Positions 1-7,186 of a DNA stretch of 64,000 nucleotides are shown one piece after another (position 1 is the first letter of the stretch; each line of letters opens with the position of its first letter). Origin of the DNA: Patescibacteria group bacterium (GTDB lineage: Bacteria; Patescibacteriota; Minisyncoccia; UBA6257; Colwellbacteraceae); assembly GCA_023380305.1 (NCBI GenBank), contig JAMCQZ010000008.1, forward strand, positions 122,659 through 186,658, written 5' to 3'. Under the pieces are notes generated by a model. It was not told the origin of the DNA. It was given only the letters and a program-made list of their open reading frames with translations, and did not search any database. The position numbers were made by a program, and so were the translations under genes.

Positions 1-486
1 ACCGACAACGGCGACCGATTTTCCTTTCAAATCGATTTTCTGAAAATCCAATATCTCTTTGACGACGCCGACAGCCGGCGGCAGCACAAGAGGACTTCCT
101 CCGCGGAATCTATTAATCGCCTCCGAACTCAGAGCATCGGGATCTTTCCTAAAAGGCACGGCGTCAAGAATAGCCTGTTTATCAAGGTGTTCCGGCAAAG
201 GAAGCTGGACAATAATCCCTCCGCATTTTTCATCTTCGGCCAAGGCCTTGATGGCGGAAAGAAGCTCCTCTTCTTTGACTTTTTTCGGGAATTCAAAAAC
301 ACGGAAATCGATCCCCGATTTTTCAGCCGCCTGCTGTTTTTGCTTTCTGATAAAACTCATCGAAGCCGGATTATCGCCGACCAGAATGGCTGCTAAAAAC
401 TTATCTACAGGAGCAAAACCCCGAATCCGATCATAGATACGCCGACTGATTTGAAAACCGCTCAAAGCAATCATTAGAATGAGCAT
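1..486 (-). CDS. folD: methylenetetrahydrofolate dehydrogenase/cyclohydrolase FolD, 5' part (gene continues beyond window start)
   Basis: Not in the ORF track because there is no in-window stop. Reverse-strand translation from the ATG (reverse complement of 484-486) gives MLILMIALSGFQISRRIYDRI...LAAILVGDNPASMSFIRKQKQQAAEKSGIDF...GGIIVQLPLPEHLD, which has the FolD N-terminal and VQLPLP hallmarks. It lies beside glyA (one-carbon metabolism). Confidence 0.75.
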   Translation of the reverse strand, partial: MLILMIALSGFQISRRIYDRIRGFAPVDKFLAAILVGDNPASMSFIRKQKQQAAEKSGIDFRVFEFPKKVKEEELLSAIKALAEDEKCGGIIVQLPLPEHLDKQAILDAVPFRKDPDALSSEAINRFRGGSPLVLPPAVGVVKEILDFQKIDLKGKSVAVVG

Positions 487-576
487 AGCTTAAAAAAAAC
501 CGATTTTAAAGGAACTTCGGCAGACACTTGCCAAAACAGGCAAAATGTTGTATCTAAAAATAAGGAGGTGTTTGTA

Positions 577-783
577 ATGAGTATCCGCACTCTGACCTGC
601 AGGGATATATGCGATGGACGGAACAGCCTGGTTGATGGCCCGCCCATCACATTGAGACAAGTCGAGGAGATGATGGCGCCAGCCGTCGATCCCCGAGCTC
701 CGGAAAATTCTCCGGAGTACCGACAACTCACCCGGATCATTAACAAAAGAAAAATTCGGGCGCGCAATCCCCGAACTTTGTAG
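577..783 (+). CDS. hypothetical small protein (68 aa)
   Basis: AAGGAGG lies 8 nt before ATG 577. A TTGCCA-17nt-TATCTA promoter-like motif sits at ~528-556. A GC hairpin plus U-tract follows the stop. No family recognised; the antisense ORFs 474..788 and 490..726 were rejected. Confidence 0.45.
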   Translation: MSIRTLTCRDICDGRNSLVDGPPITLRQVEEMMAPAVDPRAPENSPEYRQLTRIINKRKIRARNPRTL

Positions 784-786
784 CCC

Positions 787-822
787 AAGGCTGCCGTAAG
801 GCAGCCTTCTCCATTTCTATTT
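787..822 (+). terminator. rho-independent terminator (AAGGCTGCC-GTAA-GGCAGCCTT followed by a T-rich run)
   Basis: Perfect 9-bp stem followed by CTCCATTTCTATTTTCC. Confidence 0.5.
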
Positions 823-1977
823 TCCTTTTTTTAAAATTTCGTAAATCCTTTTCGCGATCAACTTCATATCTTTCTCTTTCATTCCACGACGAGTAATGGC
901 CGGCGTGCCTATGCGGATGCCCGAAGGTTTGAAAGGAGAGGTGTCTCCAGGAACGCTGTTCCTATTCGCGATAATGCCATTTTTCTCGAGCAATTTCTCG
1001 GCGGTCAAACCGTCTACGCCGAAATTTTTCAAATCCAGAAGCATCAGATGGTTATCGGTTCCGCCGCTTACTAAAACAAACCCGAGTTTTTTAAACTCCT
1101 CGGCCAGAACCCTGGCGTTTTTGACAATCTGCTCCTCGTATTTTTTGAATCCCGGCTGTTGCGCCTCATAAAACATCTGGCATTTGGCGGCAGTAACATT
1201 GTTGTGCGGTCCGCCCTGTAATCCGGGGAAAACCGCCTTGTCGATTTCCTCGACCAGCTCTCGACGGCAGAAAATAACCGCGCCCCGTGGTCCGGCCAAG
1301 GTCTTGTGAGTGGTCGTCGTTACCACGTCGCTCCATGGAAAAGGCGACGGATGAAGCCCGGCGGCAACCAATCCGGCGATGTGGGAAATATCGGCCATAT
1401 GATAAGCGCCGACGGATTTAGCGATTTCGCTAATGCGTTTGAAATTGATCTTGCGAGGATAGGCGGAAATACCGGAGACGATGATCTTCGGTTTATGCTT
1501 TCGGGCCAGTCTGGCTATTTCTCCATAATCGATCAAGCCGGTTTTTTCATCGACTCCGTACTGAACCGCGCGGAAAAACTTCCCGGAAAAAGAGACTTTG
1601 TGGCCGTGGGTAAGATGGCCGCCGGCGGCGAGCTTCATCCCCAGGATCGTTTCCCCCGGCTCCAAAAGCGCCCCGTAGACCGCGAAATTGGCCGGAGAAC
1701 CGGAATACGGCTGGACATTGGCGTGCCATTTAGAAGGGCTAATATGAAAAGCCTTCAGGGCGTTTTCCTCGCAAAGCAACTCGATTTCATCGTAATACTT
1801 GTTCCCGGGATAATAGCGCTTGCCCGGATAACCTTCGGAATATTTGTTAACCAGGACCGATCCCAGAAGCTCCCTCACCTCATCCGAAGCGTAGTTTTCG
1901 GAAGCGATGAGGTCGACATCGCGAGTCTGCCTCCGCTCTTCTTTTTTAACCAGATCCCAAAGCCTCTTGTACTTCAT
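817..1977 (-). CDS. glyA: serine hydroxymethyltransferase
   Basis: ORF 817..2118 trimmed to Met48 (MKYKRLWDLVKKEERRQ...), which aligns with the SHMT N-terminus. It carries the motifs LIASENY, NKYSEGYPGKRYY, VQPYSGSPANFAVY and the THKTL PLP-lysine region. Confidence 0.9.
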   Translation of the reverse strand: MKYKRLWDLVKKEERRQTRDVDLIASENYASDEVRELLGSVLVNKYSEGYPGKRYYPGNKYYDEIELLCEENALKAFHISPSKWHANVQPYSGSPANFAVYGALLEPGETILGMKLAAGGHLTHGHKVSFSGKFFRAVQYGVDEKTGLIDYGEIARLARKHKPKIIVSGISAYPRKINFKRISEIAKSVGAYHMADISHIAGLVAAGLHPSPFPWSDVVTTTTHKTLAGPRGAVIFCRRELVEEIDKAVFPGLQGGPHNNVTAAKCQMFYEAQQPGFKKYEEQIVKNARVLAEEFKKLGFVLVSGGTDNHLMLLDLKNFGVDGLTAEKLLEKNGIIANRNSVPGDTSPFKPSGIRIGTPAITRRGMKEKDMKLIAKRIYEILKKGK

Positions 1978-2077
1978 ATATAGAAAAGGATAACAACAAT
2001 TTGACGAATAGACAAAGCTGTCGTAGAATCCGGCTGCTGGATGGCGCCCCGCGCCGTCCGCGGAAGGAGGGTAAAAA

Positions 2078-2416
2078 ATGTCAAAAGCCCAACCTTTGAC
2101 CCTCGACGACCTGTACAAAGTTCTTTGCCAAAAAGGTCAACTGACCGATCAACCGCCGGATCCAACCGACGAGCAGAAGCTTTCCGCCCTCGAGGCATAC
2201 GCGCACGCGCAACACTGGGTGATCCGCGTCGTCATGTTCTACGCCTTCGACGACGAGACTCCCAGGCCCCTGTACTACTTCTTCCAGGATCACTTCCAAG
2301 AAGAAGTGAACGATGACGGAGCCAAGCTCGACGCGATCAGGGCGTTGGCCAGTCGGACCGGCAAGAAGCTCATCGAAACCACCAAGTACGCGTTCGACTA
2401 TGATCTCGACGATTGA
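2078..2416 (+). CDS. hypothetical acidic protein (112 aa), atypical GC-rich codon usage
   Basis: GAAGGAGGG Shine-Dalgarno 8 nt upstream. GC is about 56% with GC3-rich codons (gac/ctc/ttc/tac), unlike neighbouring genes. A terminator follows. Confidence 0.55.
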   Translation: MSKAQPLTLDDLYKVLCQKGQLTDQPPDPTDEQKLSALEAYAHAQHWVIRVVMFYAFDDETPRPLYYFFQDHFQEEVNDDGAKLDAIRALASRTGKKLIETTKYAFDYDLDD

Positions 2417-2426
2417 GTCGAACGCA

Positions 2427-2457
2427 GAGCCGCCCCCACCAAGGCGGCTCTTCTTTT
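2427..2457 (+). terminator. rho-independent terminator (GAGCCGCC...GGCGGCTC + TTCTTTT)
   Basis: Hairpin then T-tract immediately after the 2078..2416 stop; it overlaps the stop of the convergent NUDIX gene. Confidence 0.5.
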
Positions 2458-2899
2458 ACGATCGATAAACAATCCTCCCCAAATAATTTTTGAGTATTTT
2501 CGCGCTCGGCGGGTAAACTTTTTCCGGCAAGTTATCCAAATCAAACCAGCGCCATTCGACGATTTCTTCCGGTTCCATCACCCTCGGCTCTCCGGAAAAA
2601 TCTTCCGAGATAAATCCGGCCGTCACAAAATGCTTATCCGGGATAATCTCGTCGGCCACACTGATCAACTCCAATTTTTTCAAAATAATTCCAGTCTCCT
2701 CTTTGGCTTCACGCAAGGCGGCCTCCTTCAGAGTCTCCCCGAAATCAAGCTTGCCTCCGGGCATTGTCCAGGTCCCTTCGCCGTGGAGCTCGCTCGAGGC
2801 TTTTGCCGGATCGTCGTTCCGCCGGCCGAGTAAGACCCTGCCTTCGCGAAAAACCATCACCCCCACTCCTATACCCGGTTTTGGATTGATGTCAGACAT
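2456..2899 (-). CDS. NUDIX hydrolase
   Basis: Nudix box GGKLDFGETLKEAALREAKEETGI (GX5EX7REUXEEXGU). Confidence 0.85.
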   Translation of the reverse strand: MSDINPKPGIGVGVMVFREGRVLLGRRNDDPAKASSELHGEGTWTMPGGKLDFGETLKEAALREAKEETGIILKKLELISVADEIIPDKHFVTAGFISEDFSGEPRVMEPEEIVEWRWFDLDNLPEKVYPPSAKILKNYLGRIVYRS

Positions 2900-3081
2900 A
2901 AGCCTATTTTAGGCCGTCTTTGCCCTCAATAAAAGGCTCCTAACCGCAACCAGGCAGAAACGAACAAGGGTTATCCACAATTTTGGGATTACACCGGGGG
3001 CTTTTTCCGCTAAACTTATTGCTAGTGTCTAAATCAGACTACCAGAATAAAATTCCGAAAATCGAAAAGGTTGATTCGCGA

Positions 3082-3107
3082 AATGAGCCGCTTGGCTCAT
3101 TTTTTTT
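3082..3107 (+). terminator. rho-independent terminator (AATGAGCC-GCTT-GGCTCATT + T8)
   Basis: Strong hairpin plus a long T-tract in the 2900-3182 intergenic region, ~75 nt upstream of the 3183 ORF. It may end a small leader or an sRNA. Confidence 0.45.
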
Positions 3108-3182
3108 AATCTATAACCGTTCGCTTCTTAGTCCGCCGTTCCAACCGACGGATTTTTAAAATCTCAAACATAAAAAATAAAA

Positions 3183-4199
3183 ATGAACACCCACCATTTA
3201 AAAAACCTTATCAAAATAAACAATTCGATTTTTGACGCCGGTCGCGAGCATTATAAAAACGCCGGGCTGACTTACGCCGAGGTGCCGCATATCGTCGGCA
3301 TCACCGGAGCCTGCGAAAACGTCGACACCCTTTTTAAGATCAGAAACCGGCAGGATATTCCCCTTTTCTTCACCCAAACCGGCCAACTGTCGCTCGAACA
3401 GCTTCTCCAGTGCCTTCCCGGAATATATACGATTATCCATAGCGGCCGAGACGAAGAAGATGAAGACAACCGGCACCTCCGCCAATTTATGCTGATCGAA
3501 GAAGAGTTCGATTGGAGTTTCGTCGATAAAGATCCGGCGGCCTACGATGAAGAAACGATGTACGAACACCTGCTCCGCCACATCGAATCAGCGGTCAAAG
3601 CAATGATTAGGAAAGCGCTCGAAGACAACGCCGAAATGCTATCCGATGATTATAAACGCGACACGAACAAGCTAAAGGAGGCGCTCGATCAACCCTTCTT
3701 CCGCATGGATTACGGTGAGGCCGTCGAGCTTTTAAAGAAGAACGGTTTCCCGGATCTTTCTTGGGGAAACGACTTGAAGGCCGAACACGAAGCGACCGTC
3801 GTCGGATTATTGAACGCTGACGGAACCGAGCGGCCGGTCTTTATCATGCGCTATCCGGAACATATCAAATTTTTCAATATGAAAGTCTCCGGGAAGAATC
3901 CCGACGTTGTCCTATCGGCCGATCTCATCTTTCCCTACGCCGGCGAAGGCGTGGGTTCGGCCGTGCGCGAACCGGACGGCGAAAGGCTTGAGAAAAGACT
4001 GCTTGGATCAACCATGTTCAAGCTCCACAAAGAACGCGGCGGCGAACTGGAGGATTTCCGCTGGTATCTTGACCTCGTGAAATCAAAGCAAACCCATCCG
4101 CACGCGGGTTACGGCTTGGGGAACGAAAGGCTCGTCCAATATATTTTGGGTTCGCAAGACATCCGCGAATGTTCGACTTTCGGAGCGCTCAAAAATTAA
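3183..4199 (+). CDS. class II aaRS-like catalytic-core protein (AsnA / AsnRS-paralog type, putative aspartate-ammonia ligase)
   Basis: C-terminal HPHAGYGLGNERLVQYILG resembles class-II motif 3 (GxGxGxxRL). The length and layout resemble AsnA-type asparagine synthetase / AsnRS paralogs. The family assignment is tentative. Confidence 0.5.
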   Translation: MNTHHLKNLIKINNSIFDAGREHYKNAGLTYAEVPHIVGITGACENVDTLFKIRNRQDIPLFFTQTGQLSLEQLLQCLPGIYTIIHSGRDEEDEDNRHLRQFMLIEEEFDWSFVDKDPAAYDEETMYEHLLRHIESAVKAMIRKALEDNAEMLSDDYKRDTNKLKEALDQPFFRMDYGEAVELLKKNGFPDLSWGNDLKAEHEATVVGLLNADGTERPVFIMRYPEHIKFFNMKVSGKNPDVVLSADLIFPYAGEGVGSAVREPDGERLEKRLLGSTMFKLHKERGGELEDFRWYLDLVKSKQTHPHAGYGLGNERLVQYILGSQDIRECSTFGALKN

Positions 4200-4203
4200 G
4201 GGG

Positions 4204-4971
4204 TTAGTCTATCAAGGCCGACAACCCCACCCGGCAAAGCTCGTCCTTTATCTTTTCCCTCGAATCGGTCTCCTCGATATAACTCCGGTCGCCGATAGTC
4301 TGGCCCTGGATAAGATTGTCAATGACGTAAAGAATGGCCGTGGCCGGAACCTTGAAGTGGCCGGAGACGGAAAAGAATGTCGAGGTCTCCATTTCCACGC
4401 CGTAGAATCCCTGCTTCGACCAATTCTCGACGTCTTCCAAAGTCTCACCATAAATAGCCTGACAAGTGATGATCGGCCCCCGCCAGACTTTAATCTTCGG
4501 ATCGATTCTATCCTGGGCCATCTTGGAAAGACCTTCGTCGGGAAAATATTTTTTATCGTTGTTCTCCCGGCTATAAATACGGGTAGCGCTTTCATCACCG
4601 AAGCTCCAAGTTGGGATCAGAAAGCTTTGAAGATCAAGCCCGGGATAAAGCCCGCCGCAAGCTCCGATATGGATATTCCTTTTCGATCCGAAAAGGCAAG
4701 CCAAATGGAGATATTCCGAAAGTAATGCTTCACCGTAAACAGCCGCCAGCCAATAGCGTTTTCCGGCGACGGTTATCTCATAAATATGATTTAAAGAATC
4801 CTTGAGTTTCCGGGATTCGTATCCCGGAGCCAAAACATCAAGGGCTTGATGAAGCTTTTGAAAATGCGGTTCCTCTTCGGCCGTGCCGTAAGACAAAAAT
4901 CCAGAGATTTCATAATCCTCCGGCAACCCGAGAACGGCTTTATGGTCTTTGGCGGTGAAGGATTTGTACAT
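4204..4971 (-). CDS. nucleoside phosphorylase, PNP/UDP (PNP_UDP_1) family
   Basis: GFYGVEMETSTFFSVSGHFKVPATAILYVIDN matches the phosphorylase-family substrate pocket (VEMEsaal...). Confidence 0.65.
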   Translation of the reverse strand: MYKSFTAKDHKAVLGLPEDYEISGFLSYGTAEEEPHFQKLHQALDVLAPGYESRKLKDSLNHIYEITVAGKRYWLAAVYGEALLSEYLHLACLFGSKRNIHIGACGGLYPGLDLQSFLIPTWSFGDESATRIYSRENNDKKYFPDEGLSKMAQDRIDPKIKVWRGPIITCQAIYGETLEDVENWSKQGFYGVEMETSTFFSVSGHFKVPATAILYVIDNLIQGQTIGDRSYIEETDSREKIKDELCRVGLSALID

Positions 4972-4994
4972 GTCTCGGCCGAATCGAAATATAT

Positions 4995-5069
4995 TGGGGT
5001 GGCCAACGGGAATCGAACCCGTATCGCCGCTTCCACAGAGCGGAGCTTTACCACTAAGCTATGGCCACC
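4995..5069 (-). tRNA. tRNA-His (anticodon GTG) with encoded G-1 and CCA
   Basis: Reverse complement gives GGTGGCCATAGCTTAGTGGTAAAGCTCCGCTCTGTGGAAGCGG...GGGTTCGATTCCCGTTGGCCACCCCA: a cloverleaf with anticodon loop CTGTGGA and an extra 5' G pairing with C73. Confidence 0.85.
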
Positions 5070-5222
5070 ATCGCCTTTGTATTCTACAAGAAAACCGCCT
5101 TAGAGCAAACCTTTGACCTGGGGCGTAAAAACGACCGGAGAAACAAATATCCTGGTCGGAGAGCCGAGAATTCCTGTCCGCCGCAGGCGAAGAACTCAAT
5201 CTTGTTTATAAGACCGACTTTG

Positions 5223-5293
5223 TCGGGCTGCCGAGAATCGAACTCGGTCTACATGCTCCCAAAGCATGCGTACTACCGGTATACTACAGCCCG
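5223..5293 (-). tRNA. tRNA-Pro (anticodon TGG)
   Basis: Reverse complement gives CGGGCTGTAGTATACCGGTAGTACGCATGCTTTGGGAGCATGTAGACCGAGTTCGATTCTCGGCAGCCCGA, with the C1:G72 pair typical of tRNA-Pro and anticodon loop TTTGGGA. CCA is not encoded. Confidence 0.85.
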
Positions 5294-5379
5294 GATAAAC
5301 TTTGAAGAGACCGCGGCCGATAAGAGACAATCGTGCCGCGAGAGGGAAGCTTACTACTCGTCATCGCCATCGCCTATCA

Positions 5380-5514
5380 CATTATATAATTTTGTAGGCG
5401 ATTGTCGGACTCCGTTCTTAAACCCCTCGGTTTGAGACCCGCCGGCAGGCGGATCCGCTACGGAAAGTAAACTTCCCGGCCCCTTCTTTTTTCGATATTC
5501 TTACTCGCGTCATA
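5380..5514 (-). repeat. tRNA-associated conserved element, copy E (downstream of tRNA-Phe)
   Basis: The minus-strand read GAAGGGGCCGGGAAGTTTACTTTCC...CCTGCCGGCGGG...AAACCGAGGGGTTTAAGAACGGAG is homologous to the cores after tRNA-Arg(TCT), tRNA-Arg(CCG) and tRNA-Gly. A degenerate copy of the tRNA-Phe 3' end (CTTCCCTCTCGCGGCAC) lies further downstream at ~5320-5345. Confidence 0.45.
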
Positions 5515-5533
5515 AAATGCCCCTGACGGGGCA
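5511..5533 (-). terminator. rho-independent terminator downstream of tRNA-Phe
   Basis: The minus-strand RNA reads GUGCCCC-GUCA-GGGGCAU followed by UUUUAU. Confidence 0.5.
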
Positions 5534-5538
5534 CTTTG

Positions 5539-5610
5539 TGCCGCGAGAGGGAATCGAACCCCCGACGCCATCCTCTTCAGGGATGCGCTCTACCACTGAG
5601 CTATCACGGC
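5539..5610 (-). tRNA. tRNA-Phe (anticodon GAA)
   Basis: Reverse complement gives GCCGTGATAGCTCAGTGGTAGAGCGCATCCCTGAAGAGGATGGCGTCGGGGGTTCGATTCCCTCTCGCGGCA, with anticodon loop CTGAAGA and discriminator A. Confidence 0.85.
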
Positions 5611-5681
5611 CTGAGATAAGGTTAGCATTTCCACCCTGGCTTTTCAATCTCAAAAAAATTGTTGTAGAATGGGTTTGCCAA

Positions 5682-5753
5682 GCCCCTGTAGTTCAACGGA
5701 TAGAACGACGCACTCCTAACGCGCCAATCGAGGTTCAATTCCTCGTGGGGGCA
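5682..5753 (+). tRNA. tRNA-Arg (anticodon CCT), anticodon stem with two A·C mismatches
   Basis: GCCCCTGTAGTTCAACGGATAGAACGACGCACTCCTAACGCGCCAATCGAGGTTCAATTCCTCGTGGGGGCA has good acceptor, D and T arms. The anticodon loop CTCCTAA needs A27·C43 and A31·C39, so it may be a pseudo-tRNA or an isotype I have misread. Confidence 0.55.
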
Positions 5754-5778
5754 CACGCTTTAAAAAGCGTAGGACTAC

Positions 5779-5850
5779 GCCCTCGTAGTTCAATGGACAG
5801 AACCGGAGACTTCTAATCTCTTAATGGGGGTCCGATTCCTCCCGAGGGCA
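5779..5850 (+). tRNA. tRNA-Arg (anticodon TCT)
   Basis: GCCCTCGTAGTTCAATGGACAGAACCGGAGACTTCTAATCTCTTAATGGGGGTCCGATTCCTCCCGAGGGCA, with anticodon loop CTTCTAA. Confidence 0.8.
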
Positions 5851-5853
5851 CAT

Positions 5854-5878
5854 AAATCCGCCGATGAGGCGGATTTTT
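5854..5878 (+). terminator. rho-independent terminator after tRNA-Arg(TCT)
   Basis: AAATCCGCC-GATGA-GGCGGATTTTT. Confidence 0.6.
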
Positions 5879-6078
5879 GGACCACTGGGAGGTCAATCGG
5901 ATTGGAAAAGGGGTCGGGGAAACTACCGTTTCCCCGTGGAGGAAACCTGCCGACAGGCAGGGCTAAAACCGCAGGGTGTTAGAGAAGCCCCTTCCTATTC
6001 TATTGACAATCGTTAGGGGCGAGGGAGATTCCGTGTTTCCCGAGGGCACATAAATCCGCCGACGAGGCGGATTTTTAT
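5879..6078 (+). repeat. tRNA-associated conserved element, copy A, ending in a degenerate tRNA-Arg(TCT) 3' end plus a duplicated terminator
   Basis: The core GGAAAAGGGGTCGGGGAAACTACCGTTTCCCCGTGGAGGAAAC...AAAACCGCAGGGTGTTAGAGAAG is homologous to copies B, C and E. At 6037-6078, TCCCGAGGGCACATAAATCCGCCGACGAGGCGGATTTTT nearly duplicates the tRNA 3' end plus terminator found at 5840-5878. Confidence 0.5.
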
Positions 6079-6083
6079 TAGGC

Positions 6084-6698
6084 TTAATCCTCGAAATACT
6101 TGTTGAACTCCCTGATCAATGTCTGAGCTTTTCGGTTTTGGCTGTTGATCTGACTTACCTGATCGTTGACCTGCTGAAGAATAGAAGAGGTAGCCGCATC
6201 GAAATCTTTCGGAGAATTGCTTAAAAACTTCAACCTCAACTGTTCGAGTAGATTCTGCAGGCCGCCGTTGTAGCTGATCAGCTGATTGACCAAAGTCATC
6301 TCCGCGGAGATGGCCTGCAACCCGGCACCCTGGGCCTGGACAGATTTGATTTCTCCGAGGCTGGCGATCATCTTTTGAAGCTCGGAAAGGAGGCCGATGC
6401 ATTTTTCCCTGATTTCGTTATTCCGTTTGATCTCGACGATCACCAGATCGACGGCTTTTTCGTAATTGCCAGCCTTGTCCTCGCGGCTGATGGCTTCGAG
6501 ATTCGCCGCCGCTTGACTCGAAAGACCGGTAATCTCTTCGGCGATAGCCACGCTGGCTGTTTTGGCTTCCAGAAATTCCGGAGGGACTTCAATTCTTTTA
6601 TTCGGAGAGCGGAAAACAAAGAAAACAGCAACGGCCACCATGGCGATGCCGGAAATTTTCAACCAGAGAAGCGCCTGTTTTTTAGGCATATTTTCCAT
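6084..6698 (-). CDS. hypothetical membrane-anchored protein (N-terminal TM helix, coiled-coil-like remainder)
   Basis: ORF 6084..6854 trimmed to the internal Met (MENMPKKQALLWLKISGIAMVAVAVFFVF...), because the upstream extension overlaps tRNA-Gly. The start is uncertain (6698 or 6689). Confidence 0.45.
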   Translation of the reverse strand: MENMPKKQALLWLKISGIAMVAVAVFFVFRSPNKRIEVPPEFLEAKTASVAIAEEITGLSSQAAANLEAISREDKAGNYEKAVDLVIVEIKRNNEIREKCIGLLSELQKMIASLGEIKSVQAQGAGLQAISAEMTLVNQLISYNGGLQNLLEQLRLKFLSNSPKDFDAATSSILQQVNDQVSQINSQNRKAQTLIREFNKYFED

Positions 6699-6780
6699 AT
6701 TATGAGATTTCTTTACAAGAAGCAAATAATTGATTAACCTGAATAATAGCTTTGTTTTTATAGATAAAAACGCAGAAAAA

Positions 6781-6853
6781 GCGGGATTAGTATAGTGGCA
6801 GTACGCTACCTTGCCAAGGTAATGGCGCCGGTTCGATTCCGGTATCCCGCTCA
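6781..6853 (+). tRNA. tRNA-Gly (anticodon GCC)
   Basis: GCGGGATTAGTATAGTGGCAGTACGCTACCTTGCCAAGGTAATGGCGCCGGTTCGATTCCGGTATCCCGCTCA, with anticodon loop TTGCCAA, discriminator U, and the GCGGGA/TCCCGC acceptor typical of Gly. Confidence 0.85.
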
Positions 6854-6857
6854 TAAT

Positions 6858-6887
6858 AAAATATCCCCTAAAGGGGATATTTTATTT
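6858..6887 (+). terminator. rho-independent terminator after tRNA-Gly
   Basis: ATATCCCC-TAAA-GGGGATAT followed by TTTATTT. Confidence 0.55.
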
Positions 6888-6904
6888 ATACGTGATATCC
6901 GGAT

Positions 6905-6992
6905 GAGTATAGGAAAGGGTCTCCGGCAGTTGCCGGACAAACCGAGTGGTTTGAGCGAGGAGTTGTGCGACGACGTTCGATCCCTATCCTGC
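6905..6992 (+). repeat. tRNA-associated conserved element, copy C, ending in a degenerate tRNA-Gly 3' end
   Basis: AGGAAAGGGTCTCCGGCAGTTGCCGGACAAACCGAGTGGTTTGAGCGAGGAG aligns with copy B (AAGGAAGGTGTCAGGGAACTCGTTCCCT...GAAACCGAGAGGTGTCAGAGAGGAG). GCGACGACGTTCGATCCCTATCCTGC then mimics the tRNA-Gly 3' end GGTTCGATTCCGGTATCCCGC. Confidence 0.4.
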
Positions 6993-7094
6993 TTTATTTT
7001 ACAAAGCCCTTTCCAGCCTATAAACTGAAATAGCCTTTGGGAGTTTAGGTAAGTGGTATACCGGCGGTCTCCAATTCCGCAGACAATCAAAAAT

Positions 7095-7167
7095 GGGGCT
7101 ATAGTTCAGTGGTAGAATGTCGATCTCCAAAATCGATGACCGAGGTTCGAATCCTCGTGGCCCCGCC
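7095..7167 (+). tRNA. tRNA-Trp (anticodon CCA)
   Basis: GGGGCTATAGTTCAGTGGTAGAATGTCGATCTCCAAAATCGATGACCGAGGTTCGAATCCTCGTGGCCCCGCC, with anticodon loop CTCCAAA and discriminator G. Confidence 0.85.
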
Positions 7168-7186
7168 GACTAAGATATATGCGGGA

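Noticed and set aside
59-436. Plus-strand ORFs 59..436 and 187..396 from the ORF track
   Set aside because: The opposite strand encodes a clear FolD N-terminus over the same bases. The plus-strand ORFs have no start context or family signal.
474-788. Minus-strand ORFs 474..788 and 490..726
   Set aside because: They are antisense to the small 577..783 gene, which has a strong Shine-Dalgarno, a promoter and a terminator. They have no Shine-Dalgarno and no homology signal.
5061-5816. ORFs 5061..5435 and 5517..5816 (with the GIEPPTPSS-type translation)
   Set aside because: They are read through tRNA genes (His/Pro/Phe/Arg) and the tRNA-associated repeats. GIEPPT is the typical translation of a T-arm and acceptor stem.
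6795-7090. ORFs 6795..7028 (+) and 6851..7090 (-)
   Set aside because: They overlap tRNA-Gly, its terminator and element copy C. There is no coding signal.
6886-7090. Possible additional tRNA, SRP RNA or tmRNA between tRNA-Gly and tRNA-Trp (GTTCGATCC T-loop-like motif at ~6975)
   Set aside because: No acceptor stem pairs with the 3' end and there is no SRP domain-IV motif. The region is better explained as copy C of the tRNA-associated element with its pseudo 3' end.
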